Shown here: positions 46,138 through 53,563 of the stretch, in pieces | Layout of the letters: the number at the start of each line of letters is the position of its first letter | Numbering within the stretch: position 1 is the stretch's first letter | Source: a virus | IMG/VR virus record: IMGVR_UViG_3300020731_000015 | Location: 11,271 to 75,270 of that record | Length of the DNA stretch: 64,000 nucleotides | Reading direction: 5' to 3' (one strand) | Position numbers and translations under genes: made by a program | Notes under the pieces: model-generated | What the model saw: the letters and a program-made list of their open reading frames with translations, nothing else | What the model was told of the DNA's origin: nothing | Database searches by the model: none

Positions 46138-46308
46138 AAGTAATACTATACCCCTATCTAGTGTTTGTCAAGTCTTTATCCCCACTATTTTCGGGCTCTC
46201 CAACGGCATAAATCCTTGTAAATAAAGGGATTTCAGCAGTTGCTTGCTTCGGATACCCCAACCGACTAGGATGGTTAAAACCCCCAATGGGCGACCAAAG
46301 GAGGCGTT

Positions 46309-46902
46309 GTGACAAGCAACCCTGTAGTAATGCGCAGTGTTATTCGTAGTATCTGGCAAGACTTATGTGATGGTGTCGAAGAGATGGGCGCGAAAGCGGC
46401 CTCGGCGGTGGCTCTAGGGCTAGCGATTATCTTCGCCGTGAGCGGGCTACAACCGATAGCCCAAGCAAGCACCCCAACTAGGGCAATCACCCCTATAGTC
46501 GTAAACGCTAAAGCGGTGTCTAGCCCCTATGCCAACTTCCCCAAACTAATCAACTATGAGATTGGTGATTCCAAGTGGCGAACTTGGACTTGGGATAAGA
46601 CCGCCTATAGGCCGTCTTTGGTTGACCCCACACGAGCCCTACCGCTCAAGGCCCAAGTCACCTTTGCCTGTATCCGATACGCCGAAAGCCGTAATCACCC
46701 CAACGATACGAACCAGCAATCGGGTGCAGAGGGCCTTTACCAATTCCTGCCCTACCTATGGCAATATGGGGCAAAAGCCCTCGGTATCAAGGCCGTTAGT
46801 GCCAATAACGCCACCCCCGAACAGCAGAGTGCCGTAGCCGTTTGGTATTACAAACGAAACGCTGGCTTCTACCCCGAATGGGTGGATGGCTGCACGGGCT
46901 AA
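46309..46902 (+). CDS. Secreted lytic transglycosylase, Rpf-like (start uncertain, possibly 46384)
   Basis: Signal-like segment; CIRYAES...SGAEGLYQF...W...ATPEQQ..VA. Confidence 0.75.
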   Translation: MTSNPVVMRSVIRSIWQDLCDGVEEMGAKAASAVALGLAIIFAVSGLQPIAQASTPTRAITPIVVNAKAVSSPYANFPKLINYEIGDSKWRTWTWDKTAYRPSLVDPTRALPLKAQVTFACIRYAESRNHPNDTNQQSGAEGLYQFLPYLWQYGAKALGIKAVSANNATPEQQSAVAVWYYKRNAGFYPEWVDGCTG

Positions 46903-46961
46903 GTCGAAAGTCGCTATAGTGGATGCCGAAAGGCGTTCCTTTCCAAATCATCAGTATCAGC

Positions 46962-46996
46962 AAAAAGTCCTCACGAAAGGTTCGTGGGGATTTTTT
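46962..46996 (+). terminator. Intrinsic terminator
   Basis: AAAAAGTCCTCACGAA-AGG-TTCGTGGGGA-TTTTTT. Confidence 0.8.
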
Positions 46997-47042
46997 GTTT
47001 ATTGGCTTGATTTGCCCCACCACATCAGTTATCATTAGTCCT

Positions 47043-47801
47043 ATGGCTAACGAAACCAAACAGATGACTGCGGTTTCACTATTTGCGGGCGTGGGCGGTT
47101 TCGACTTAGCACTAGAGCGCAACGGAGTGAATGTCGTAGCGGCAGTAGAAATTGACAAACACGCACAAGCAGTGTTGGCAAAGCAGTTCCCAAATACAAA
47201 ACTATTCAACGATGTCACGGAGGTATCGGGTGAGCAACTTATTTCAGCAGGATTTGACCCAAGAAACGGAATCCTTGTCGGTGGATTCCCCTGCCAAGAC
47301 CTTTCCGTTGCCGGAAGACGTGCAGGGCTGGCTGGAAAGAGAAGCGGCCTCTTCTACGAAGTCGCGCGCATCATCGAAGAACTCCAACCGGAGTGGTTCG
47401 TCCTCGAAAATGTCCCCGGCCTTTTATCAAGTCAGCAGGGAGCAGATATGGGAGCAGTTGTCGGAACGCTGGTTGACCTCGGGTACGGCGTCAGTTGGCG
47501 GGTGTTGGATGCTCAATACTTCGGAGTTCCCCAGCGGCGGCGTCGTGTCTTCATCGTTGGCCGACGTTCTGGAGACTGGAGAAGTACCGCAAAAGTATTA
47601 TTTGAGCGCGAAAGCGTGTGCGGGGATTCTGACCAGAGCCGAGCGACGGGGGAAGAAACTACCCGAACCGCTTTTACAAGCATTGAAAGCACAAGCGGCG
47701 GATTACAAGCCGGAGTAGCAAAGGGGGGAGTGTCCGTCACAGATGAGAACACGACCAACCCTTTTACAAGTCAGGATTTGCTGAATACTCAACAGGTGTA
47801 G
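47043..47801 (+). CDS. C5-cytosine DNA methyltransferase, catalytic part (motifs I-VIII only)
   Basis: SLFAGVGGF, GGFPCQD, ENVPG, QRRRRVF; leaderless TTGATT-N17-TATCAT-N7-ATG. Confidence 0.9.
   Translation: MANETKQMTAVSLFAGVGGFDLALERNGVNVVAAVEIDKHAQAVLAKQFPNTKLFNDVTEVSGEQLISAGFDPRNGILVGGFPCQDLSVAGRRAGLAGKRSGLFYEVARIIEELQPEWFVLENVPGLLSSQQGADMGAVVGTLVDLGYGVSWRVLDAQYFGVPQRRRRVFIVGRRSGDWRSTAKVLFERESVCGDSDQSRATGEETTRTAFTSIESTSGGLQAGVAKGGVSVTDENTTNPFTSQDLLNTQQV
47152..47718 (+). CDS. Alternative-frame peptide nested in the MTase gene, resembling the M.EcoHK31I beta polypeptide (start uncertain)
   Basis: SEFPSGGVVSSSLADVLETGEVPQKYYLSAKACAGILTRAERRGKKLPEPLLQAL in the +1 frame. Confidence 0.65.
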   Translation: MTNTHKQCWQSSSQIQNYSTMSRRYRVSNLFQQDLTQETESLSVDSPAKTFPLPEDVQGWLEREAASSTKSRASSKNSNRSGSSSKMSPAFYQVSREQIWEQLSERWLTSGTASVGGCWMLNTSEFPSGGVVSSSLADVLETGEVPQKYYLSAKACAGILTRAERRGKKLPEPLLQALKAQAADYKPE

Positions 47802-48091
47802 GCACACTACGCGCCTCATCTTCGCAAGAAGACCACATTCTTGTTGAGCAAATCGGCTTTTCCGGTAGCAACTTTAACGGTTATGCTGAAACGCCCCAAA
47901 TGGCTACCCTCGTGGCGACCGATAGCAAGAGAAGCGACAAGGTAGTTGTAGAGCGCCGAGTCAACTCTATGTATGGTGAAAAGATTGCCCCTACCCTCAC
48001 GGCAAGTGGCAACGACTACATCGGGCTAGGCGTTCCTATGGTTTCCGTTGATACGCAAGAGCCAGTATTCGGTGCTTTTGAGGAACTATGA
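47762..48091 (+). CDS. MTase target-recognition-domain repeats, reachable by -1 frameshift or from ATG 47900
   Basis: Open frame FYKSGFAEYSTGVGTLRA...MATLVA...IAPTLTA begins at CCCTTTT (47759-65). Confidence 0.55.
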   Translation, partial: FYKSGFAEYSTGVGTLRASSSQEDHILVEQIGFSGSNFNGYAETPQMATLVATDSKRSDKVVVERRVNSMYGEKIAPTLTASGNDYIGLGVPMVSVDTQEPVFGAFEEL

Positions 48092-49140
48092 GCGAGAACG
48101 ACCCAATCGTTATCCCAATCCAAGACGGTCGGGGTATGAATCAGAAGCAAAACGGATTTGGAGTTGGTGAAGAGGGCGACCCTGCTTACACACTCACAGC
48201 CGTTGGCGGTGCTTCGGTAGCCGTTGCCTTTGATGAATACAACTTCTCGATTAGCGATACTCACCACACACTTCGGGCCGGAACTCCACAATCCACTGGC
48301 GTTATCCAGCCTGTCGTATTTGAGCCGGGTGCTATGAGCCGTATTGAGGGTCACGACCCTGCTGAAATAGCCCCAACCCTACGAGCCCATATGGGAGACA
48401 ATCAGTTGGCACTCTTTTACGAAGAAGAACTACCAGCAACCCCTACGGGGAATCTAACCCCTTGGCCAGAGATGGGTCAGCCAAATATGGTTTATCGCAC
48501 CGATACCGTGACTAGGACAGTCGATAACAATCGCCACCTAATCCTCACGCAAGCGGGGCAAGAAACGCCAACTGCTGAAAACAATTCAGAGACAGGTTGC
48601 CTAACCCCTTGGCCCGAAATGCCCCAGCCCTACAGAGTTTACGGAACAGAAACGGTGACAAGAACTGTGGACAACAACCGACACAACATACTTACGACTA
48701 TTCCTATTGACATCAGAAACGCAACACGACCACCAGACGGAGAACAAGGTATGGGTATTGGCGACAACGGCGACCCCTCAACAACAATCACCACAGGCCG
48801 AGTGCCGGGTGTATTCGCAGAGGGCGAGGAATCATTCTCGGTCTATGAGAACCAGCGTTCAGAGGTTCGTGAGCAAACGGTATTTAACGCCCTAACGCTC
48901 GGTGGCGGAAAGCCCGGTCAGGGATACCCCACAATCAGAACTCGCTCGGTAGTTCGCCGCCTCACTCCTATCGAGTGCGAGCGCCTACAGGGATTCCCAG
49001 ACGACCACACGCTTCTCCGTGCTGATGGCAAGGAACAAGCCAATGTCCATCGCTACAAGCAGATGGGTAATGCCGTTGCTGTTCCTGTTGTTGAGTGGGT
49101 AATCGCCGGAATCGTTGAGGTTCACAACAAAGATGAGTGA
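48088..49140 (+). CDS. MTase C-terminal module 1 (several TRDs plus motifs IX-X)
   Basis: Several TL-type repeats; RRLTPIECERLQGFPD; RYKQMGNAVAVPVV. Confidence 0.85.
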   Translation: MSENDPIVIPIQDGRGMNQKQNGFGVGEEGDPAYTLTAVGGASVAVAFDEYNFSISDTHHTLRAGTPQSTGVIQPVVFEPGAMSRIEGHDPAEIAPTLRAHMGDNQLALFYEEELPATPTGNLTPWPEMGQPNMVYRTDTVTRTVDNNRHLILTQAGQETPTAENNSETGCLTPWPEMPQPYRVYGTETVTRTVDNNRHNILTTIPIDIRNATRPPDGEQGMGIGDNGDPSTTITTGRVPGVFAEGEESFSVYENQRSEVREQTVFNALTLGGGKPGQGYPTIRTRSVVRRLTPIECERLQGFPDDHTLLRADGKEQANVHRYKQMGNAVAVPVVEWVIAGIVEVHNKDE

Positions 49141-49534
49141 GAATAAAGACGAAATGGTGATGCCGACCCTATTGGCTGGTATGGGCGATTCTGCCGTAGG
49201 AACGACCCAAGATGCCTACATACTCAAGTATCTTGCCTATTCGATTAGGGAAGATGCCAAAGCAAATACCTTTAGCGCCACACCCGTAGATGTTGCTGGC
49301 ACTATTTCAGCACATCAACCAAGCGTTCAGAGCCACCACGCTCAAGTGTTCGCTATCCACCCAAAGCCACGCCGTCTTCTACCCGAAGAGTGCGAGCAAC
49401 TACAAGGCTTCCCTATCGGGTGGACAGACAACGGCCAAATTGACCGATACCGATTTAAGCAAATGGGCAACGCAGTCGCCGTGCCAGTCGTTGATTGGGT
49501 CATCAAAGGAATCGTAGATGTCCACAACCGATAA
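49133..49534 (+). CDS. MTase C-terminal module 2
   Basis: RRLLPEECEQLQGFP; RFKQMGNAVAVPVV. Confidence 0.85.
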   Translation: MSENKDEMVMPTLLAGMGDSAVGTTQDAYILKYLAYSIREDAKANTFSATPVDVAGTISAHQPSVQSHHAQVFAIHPKPRRLLPEECEQLQGFPIGWTDNGQIDRYRFKQMGNAVAVPVVDWVIKGIVDVHNR

Positions 49535-49925
49535 CGACAGTCTTTATGTGACCAATCGTAGGACTGGCGCTGTAGATGAACACAAGGGCGTTTCACCAAC
49601 CTTGTTGGCGTTTATGGGAACCGGTGGCGGAAATGTTCCAATTCTCGGCGGCCAACACCCACACGCAGCCGTAGGAGAGGGCGTTTCACCAACTCTTACT
49701 GCCGCTTCAGGTGGCGGTGGCGGTCACACGCCAGTAATCGCTAGTGAACTATCGGTTCGCCGTTTGACACCAGAAGAGTGCGAAGCCCTACAAGGTTTTC
49801 CTCGTGGCTGGACAGAAATCAACTCCACCACCAACCGATACAAGGAAATGGGAAATGCCGTAGCCGTGCCTGTGGTGAATTGGATTATTGAGGGAATCGT
49901 AAAGGTTCACAATGAGCGTAAGTAG
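49518..49925 (+). CDS. MTase C-terminal module 3
   Basis: Two copies of GVSPTL..GGG; RRLTPEECEALQGFP; RYKEMGNAVAVPVV. Confidence 0.85.
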   Translation: MSTTDNDSLYVTNRRTGAVDEHKGVSPTLLAFMGTGGGNVPILGGQHPHAAVGEGVSPTLTAASGGGGGHTPVIASELSVRRLTPEECEALQGFPRGWTEINSTTNRYKEMGNAVAVPVVNWIIEGIVKVHNERK

Positions 49926-50231
49926 GAAAGTGGCGTTCTGGTCTGGTAGCGGCTTCTTTATCGAAACCTTTGCCGATGGTGATGGTGCGTTCAGACTAGT
50001 AATTCACACCCCAGACTTTGATACGCTAGAACAGGCTCAAAAGGCCGAGACTTATTTCCAAAACCTAGTGATGAAGAGAACCAATGGCTAAATGCGCAGG
50101 ACACAAGTGGATGCTGAACTTGAGTATGAACCCCAATGTTTTCTGCTCTCTTTGCTATGTCCAATTTAAGCCAGAGAACCAGCAGATTCCTTATTACGGA
50201 GTAGTTCCAAACAAGTTTAAGGACAACCAAA

Positions 50232-50585
50232 ATGGCTAGGGGCGATAAGCGTAGTTTGGAAAAACTTGCCGATGCGCTCGAGAAGCAAGCAGAGAACTCT
50301 TCGATTATGGCAAAGAGTCTCCAAGTAGCCAGTATCTCCAACCGTGCGCTAGCGGAGTCTTATGCTGAAATGGAAGCCGAGCGAGACCATTATCGGATGG
50401 CGTTTAACCTAGCCGTTGGGCGTTTGGCGGCCTATACCCCTAACATTCCGTCACAGGCTCTCGTAGAGGGAATCTTGGGCGAAGCGTTTGCTGAAATCAC
50501 GAACAGGCGTTCGGAAACTGTGCTATCCTCTTTAGATGACTTACCAGACACGAAACTACCTCACGCCAGAGGAATCCCACAATAG
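50232..50585 (+). CDS. Hypothetical coiled-coil protein
   Basis: AAGGA RBS. Confidence 0.6.
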   Translation: MARGDKRSLEKLADALEKQAENSSIMAKSLQVASISNRALAESYAEMEAERDHYRMAFNLAVGRLAAYTPNIPSQALVEGILGEAFAEITNRRSETVLSSLDDLPDTKLPHARGIPQ

Positions 50586-50940
50586 AGATGAGAAAGTAGT
50601 CCAATACATCATTTGGTATTGGGAGAAGTATGGCTTTCCACCCTCAATCCGTTCTATTGGCAAGGCCGTAGGAATCCCCGGTCCGGCTACCACTCACGAA
50701 GTCATCAACCGACTAGTTCGCCAGAAGCGAATCGTTCGTGACCCCGTAAACCACAAAATCCGTATCGTAAATAACGGAAAGAAAGAAACCTGCGTTCACG
50801 ACTGGCGAGTGAAAAAGATAGTCAAGGGCATAGCCAAACTCATCTGTGCCGACTGTCGGCACACGACCGAGGCGGAATACGCCCCAGACGAAGACACGCC
50901 GTTAAAGGATTTGCTGAAATACCCCGGCAAAATCAACTAG
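50536..50940 (+). CDS. LexA-like DNA-binding domain plus Zn ribbon
   Basis: YGFPPSIRSIGKAVGI..PAT; CVHDW...CADC. Confidence 0.7.
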   Translation: MTYQTRNYLTPEESHNRDEKVVQYIIWYWEKYGFPPSIRSIGKAVGIPGPATTHEVINRLVRQKRIVRDPVNHKIRIVNNGKKETCVHDWRVKKIVKGIAKLICADCRHTTEAEYAPDEDTPLKDLLKYPGKIN

Positions 50941-50964
50941 GGTAGAAGCACACAAGGAGTAATA

Positions 50965-51231
50965 ATGATTCTCAATTGGGAAGAACTAGATTTCAATCAA
51001 ATCCGCGCCAAGAACGGCCCATACGAGTTCGTTCTTTGGACACCCGAAGACGAGGGCAAACTATCGGAACTTCGTATTATTCGTCGGGAGAACACGGGCG
51101 GAATGATTACGCCTATCCAAGACTTCTCACTCTTCGTTCGCAACCAAGAGGGCGGCAAGGAAGTTGCTGAAGCGATTATGGCTGTATTCCAAACTGTCTC
51201 GGAATACAACGAGTTCACCCCACTCCAATAA
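50965..51231 (+). CDS. Hypothetical protein
   Basis: AAGGAG RBS. Confidence 0.6.
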   Translation: MILNWEELDFNQIRAKNGPYEFVLWTPEDEGKLSELRIIRRENTGGMITPIQDFSLFVRNQEGGKEVAEAIMAVFQTVSEYNEFTPLQ

Positions 51232-51271
51232 GACCCTCAATCACAGGGGCATCCAAGTTCTGTGACACCCA

Positions 51272-52105
51272 TTGAGTAAGATAGAACCTATGGAATCCAC
51301 ACCAGTCTCGCTCGGCCCTAAGCCATACGGCGTATCACCAAGCCGAGTAAATCAGATTGAGACTTGCCCTCGCCAATACCAATACTCCACTATCCAACGC
51401 TTGCCCGAGCGCAAGAAGATGGAGACATACCGAGGAACGGTATTCCACGCAATCCTCGAAGAGATGTTCAATCGAACTGCTGAAACGCCAGAAGAGCGAA
51501 CCCTTGACTACACCCTTGCCTTGATGCGAGAGATTTTTCGTGGGCTCGTGACCCAAGAGTTTGCTGAAGAGATGGGAATAGACGAACAGGGTATCCAAGT
51601 GTTCGGTCGTGACCTAGCCAAATACATACGCACCTACTTCACTATGGAAGACCCAACCCAAGTGGTAAACGAGGGTATAGAGATAGAGATGAAAGCGGAT
51701 ATGGGCGGATGGATTCTCAAGGGAATCCTCGACCGCCTAGACCGAGATGACAAGGGCAACCTAATTATCGTGGACTACAAGACGGGCAAAGTGCCGGGCG
51801 ACAAATACAAAGCATCAGCACTTCTGCCAGCCAAAATCTATGCCTACCTCTGTGAGACAGTTCTAGGTGAGCGGCCTACGGAAATCCGATTGCTCTATGT
51901 CCAGTTTGGAAAAACCCTCGTAGTAGAAGTGACCGATGAAGATGTCACCTACGCCGAGAAGCGAGTTCGTGAGGCTTGGGCCAAGATTGAGAATTGGTAT
52001 GACCTACAGTTCTTCCCGCCAGTTCCAAACAACTTGTGCGAGAAATGGTGTTCCTTTAAGGAAATCTGTCCTGTCTTCGCCGTTCCTGAATATTCTCCTT
52101 TCTAA
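51272..52105 (+). CDS. RecB/Cas4-like PD-(D/E)xK exonuclease
   Basis: SPSR...CPRQY, GTVFH, GILDRLD, IVDYKTGK, C-terminal C..WC..C. Confidence 0.85.
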   Translation: MSKIEPMESTPVSLGPKPYGVSPSRVNQIETCPRQYQYSTIQRLPERKKMETYRGTVFHAILEEMFNRTAETPEERTLDYTLALMREIFRGLVTQEFAEEMGIDEQGIQVFGRDLAKYIRTYFTMEDPTQVVNEGIEIEMKADMGGWILKGILDRLDRDDKGNLIIVDYKTGKVPGDKYKASALLPAKIYAYLCETVLGERPTEIRLLYVQFGKTLVVEVTDEDVTYAEKRVREAWAKIENWYDLQFFPPVPNNLCEKWCSFKEICPVFAVPEYSPF

Positions 52106-52249
52106 GTAATAATCCCCTTTTCAGCACTTGTTTGCGAGTAGAAACACGCCCCTAAGAGTTCAACCCTTGACGATTTGGAAAATGCCTCTACGCTTTTCAT
52201 TGTCAAGACCTTTGGTATTCGCTAAAGGTGAAAGTTCTTAGGAGAAGAT

Positions 52250-53047
52250 GTGGCACGAAAGTTAGTGCGACTCGCTATCAAGGAGACGTCGGGCGTTGAC
52301 CGTCCGGCCCACCTACACGATGGTTGGGCTGTAATGAAGTCTGCCTCTCAATCCGACGTGACCGCCGTTCTTGACGAACTGCGCCCTGAAATCCCTTCCG
52401 TGATGGAAGCGGTTGAGGGGACCCCAGCCGAAGTTGAGAAATCAACGGAAGCAACGGTAGAGGCGACCGCCTCTGCTGAAATTATCCAGACTCCACAGGA
52501 GGACACTATGAGCGAACTGCTCAAGGCAACCCCAGAGGTTGTAGTAATCCCAGAGGCTGCGAGCGAGGAAGAGATTATCAAGGCGATGCCCGCCGTTATC
52601 AAGAAAATGCTTGATGACTCAAAGGCTGCTGCTGAAGAGGCTCTTCTAAAGGCTGCTGCGAACGAGCGCGCCCTTATCAACGAGCGTGAAGCCCGTGCTG
52701 ATGAGGCCGCTGTAATCAAGGCTGCCGAATGGTCGCACCTCAACTCTGACCCATCAATCCTCGGACCGGCTCTTCGCCGTCTTGCCGAGACTGACGGCGC
52801 ATTGGCTGACGAAGTTGTTAAGGCTTTGGACTCCGCTAACTCGCTGCTTGAGTCAAATGTTGTATTCACCGAAGTAGGTTCCAGCGAAGTTCCTGCTGCT
52901 GACGACGCTTTCGCAAAGATGGAAAATCTCGCTAAGGCTGCTGTTGCCTCTGGCGTTGCCCCATCATTCGAGGCTGCGCTCTTGTCAGTTGCACAGACCA
53001 ACCCTGACCTCTACACCCAGTACTTGAACGAAAAGGCAGGTCGCTAA
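52250..53047 (+). CDS. Head scaffolding protein
   Basis: Ala/Glu-rich helical protein upstream of decoration and capsid genes; many hydrophobic-x-K sites; C-terminal NPDLY..Y. Confidence 0.7.
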   Translation: MARKLVRLAIKETSGVDRPAHLHDGWAVMKSASQSDVTAVLDELRPEIPSVMEAVEGTPAEVEKSTEATVEATASAEIIQTPQEDTMSELLKATPEVVVIPEAASEEEIIKAMPAVIKKMLDDSKAAAEEALLKAAANERALINEREARADEAAVIKAAEWSHLNSDPSILGPALRRLAETDGALADEVVKALDSANSLLESNVVFTEVGSSEVPAADDAFAKMENLAKAAVASGVAPSFEAALLSVAQTNPDLYTQYLNEKAGR

Positions 53048-53544
53048 TGGCTTGGGAACAGAATCCATACGCAATCAAAATCACTTGCTCACCCGACACC
53101 ACCGGAATGACGCAGTTGGCCAACACGAACTTCTCTGCGCCTTTGGCACAGTTCTCGTTCGTGATTGTTTCAACTAACGCGAACCCAGCGGGCAACCCAG
53201 CATCACCTTTGGTGAATGTTGTGACCGCTTCAACGCAGCGTCCAATCGGTGTTCTTCAGAACGCACCAAAGGCCCGCTACTCGGCCGCTGGTACTCTTGA
53301 AGGCGTTGACGAGGCTGAAGTCACTATCGCAGGAATCACCAAGGCTATTGCCGGTGCTGCTATCTCTGCCGGTGCTGCTTTGTCAGTCAACACTTTGGGC
53401 CAAGTGGTTCCAGTCACCTTCCCATCTAGCGACACCACTGCTGACACCTACTTCATCGTAGGAACGGCTTTGACTCCTGCCGCTGCACAGGGCGACTTAA
53501 TCACTATTGTCACCGACTGCGCCGCTATCGGCCGCGCCGCTTAA
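53047..53544 (+). CDS. Capsid decoration/cement protein (DUF2190-like)
   Basis: IGVLQN.P, AEV...GITK..AGAAI.AG, GTAL..A...GDLI. Confidence 0.75.
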   Translation: MAWEQNPYAIKITCSPDTTGMTQLANTNFSAPLAQFSFVIVSTNANPAGNPASPLVNVVTASTQRPIGVLQNAPKARYSAAGTLEGVDEAEVTIAGITKAIAGAAISAGAALSVNTLGQVVPVTFPSSDTTADTYFIVGTALTPAAAQGDLITIVTDCAAIGRAA

Positions 53545-53563
53545 TAGAAAGGACTGACCAAAA

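Noticed and set aside
47799-47801. Stop-codon reassignment or TAG readthrough to explain the split MTase
   Set aside because: The same frame after the TAG is not TRD-like, whereas the -1 frame is. TAG, TGA and TAA all end clearly intact genes elsewhere.
51272-52105. Cas4-like nuclease as evidence of CRISPR-Cas
   Set aside because: No repeat-spacer array or other cas genes are seen, and stand-alone RecB/Cas4-like exonucleases are common in actinophages.
52348-53001. 217-aa antisense ORF opposite the scaffold, and similar antisense ORFs across 26-45 kb
   Set aside because: They mirror biased Ala/Glu codons and have no RBS or recognisable motifs.
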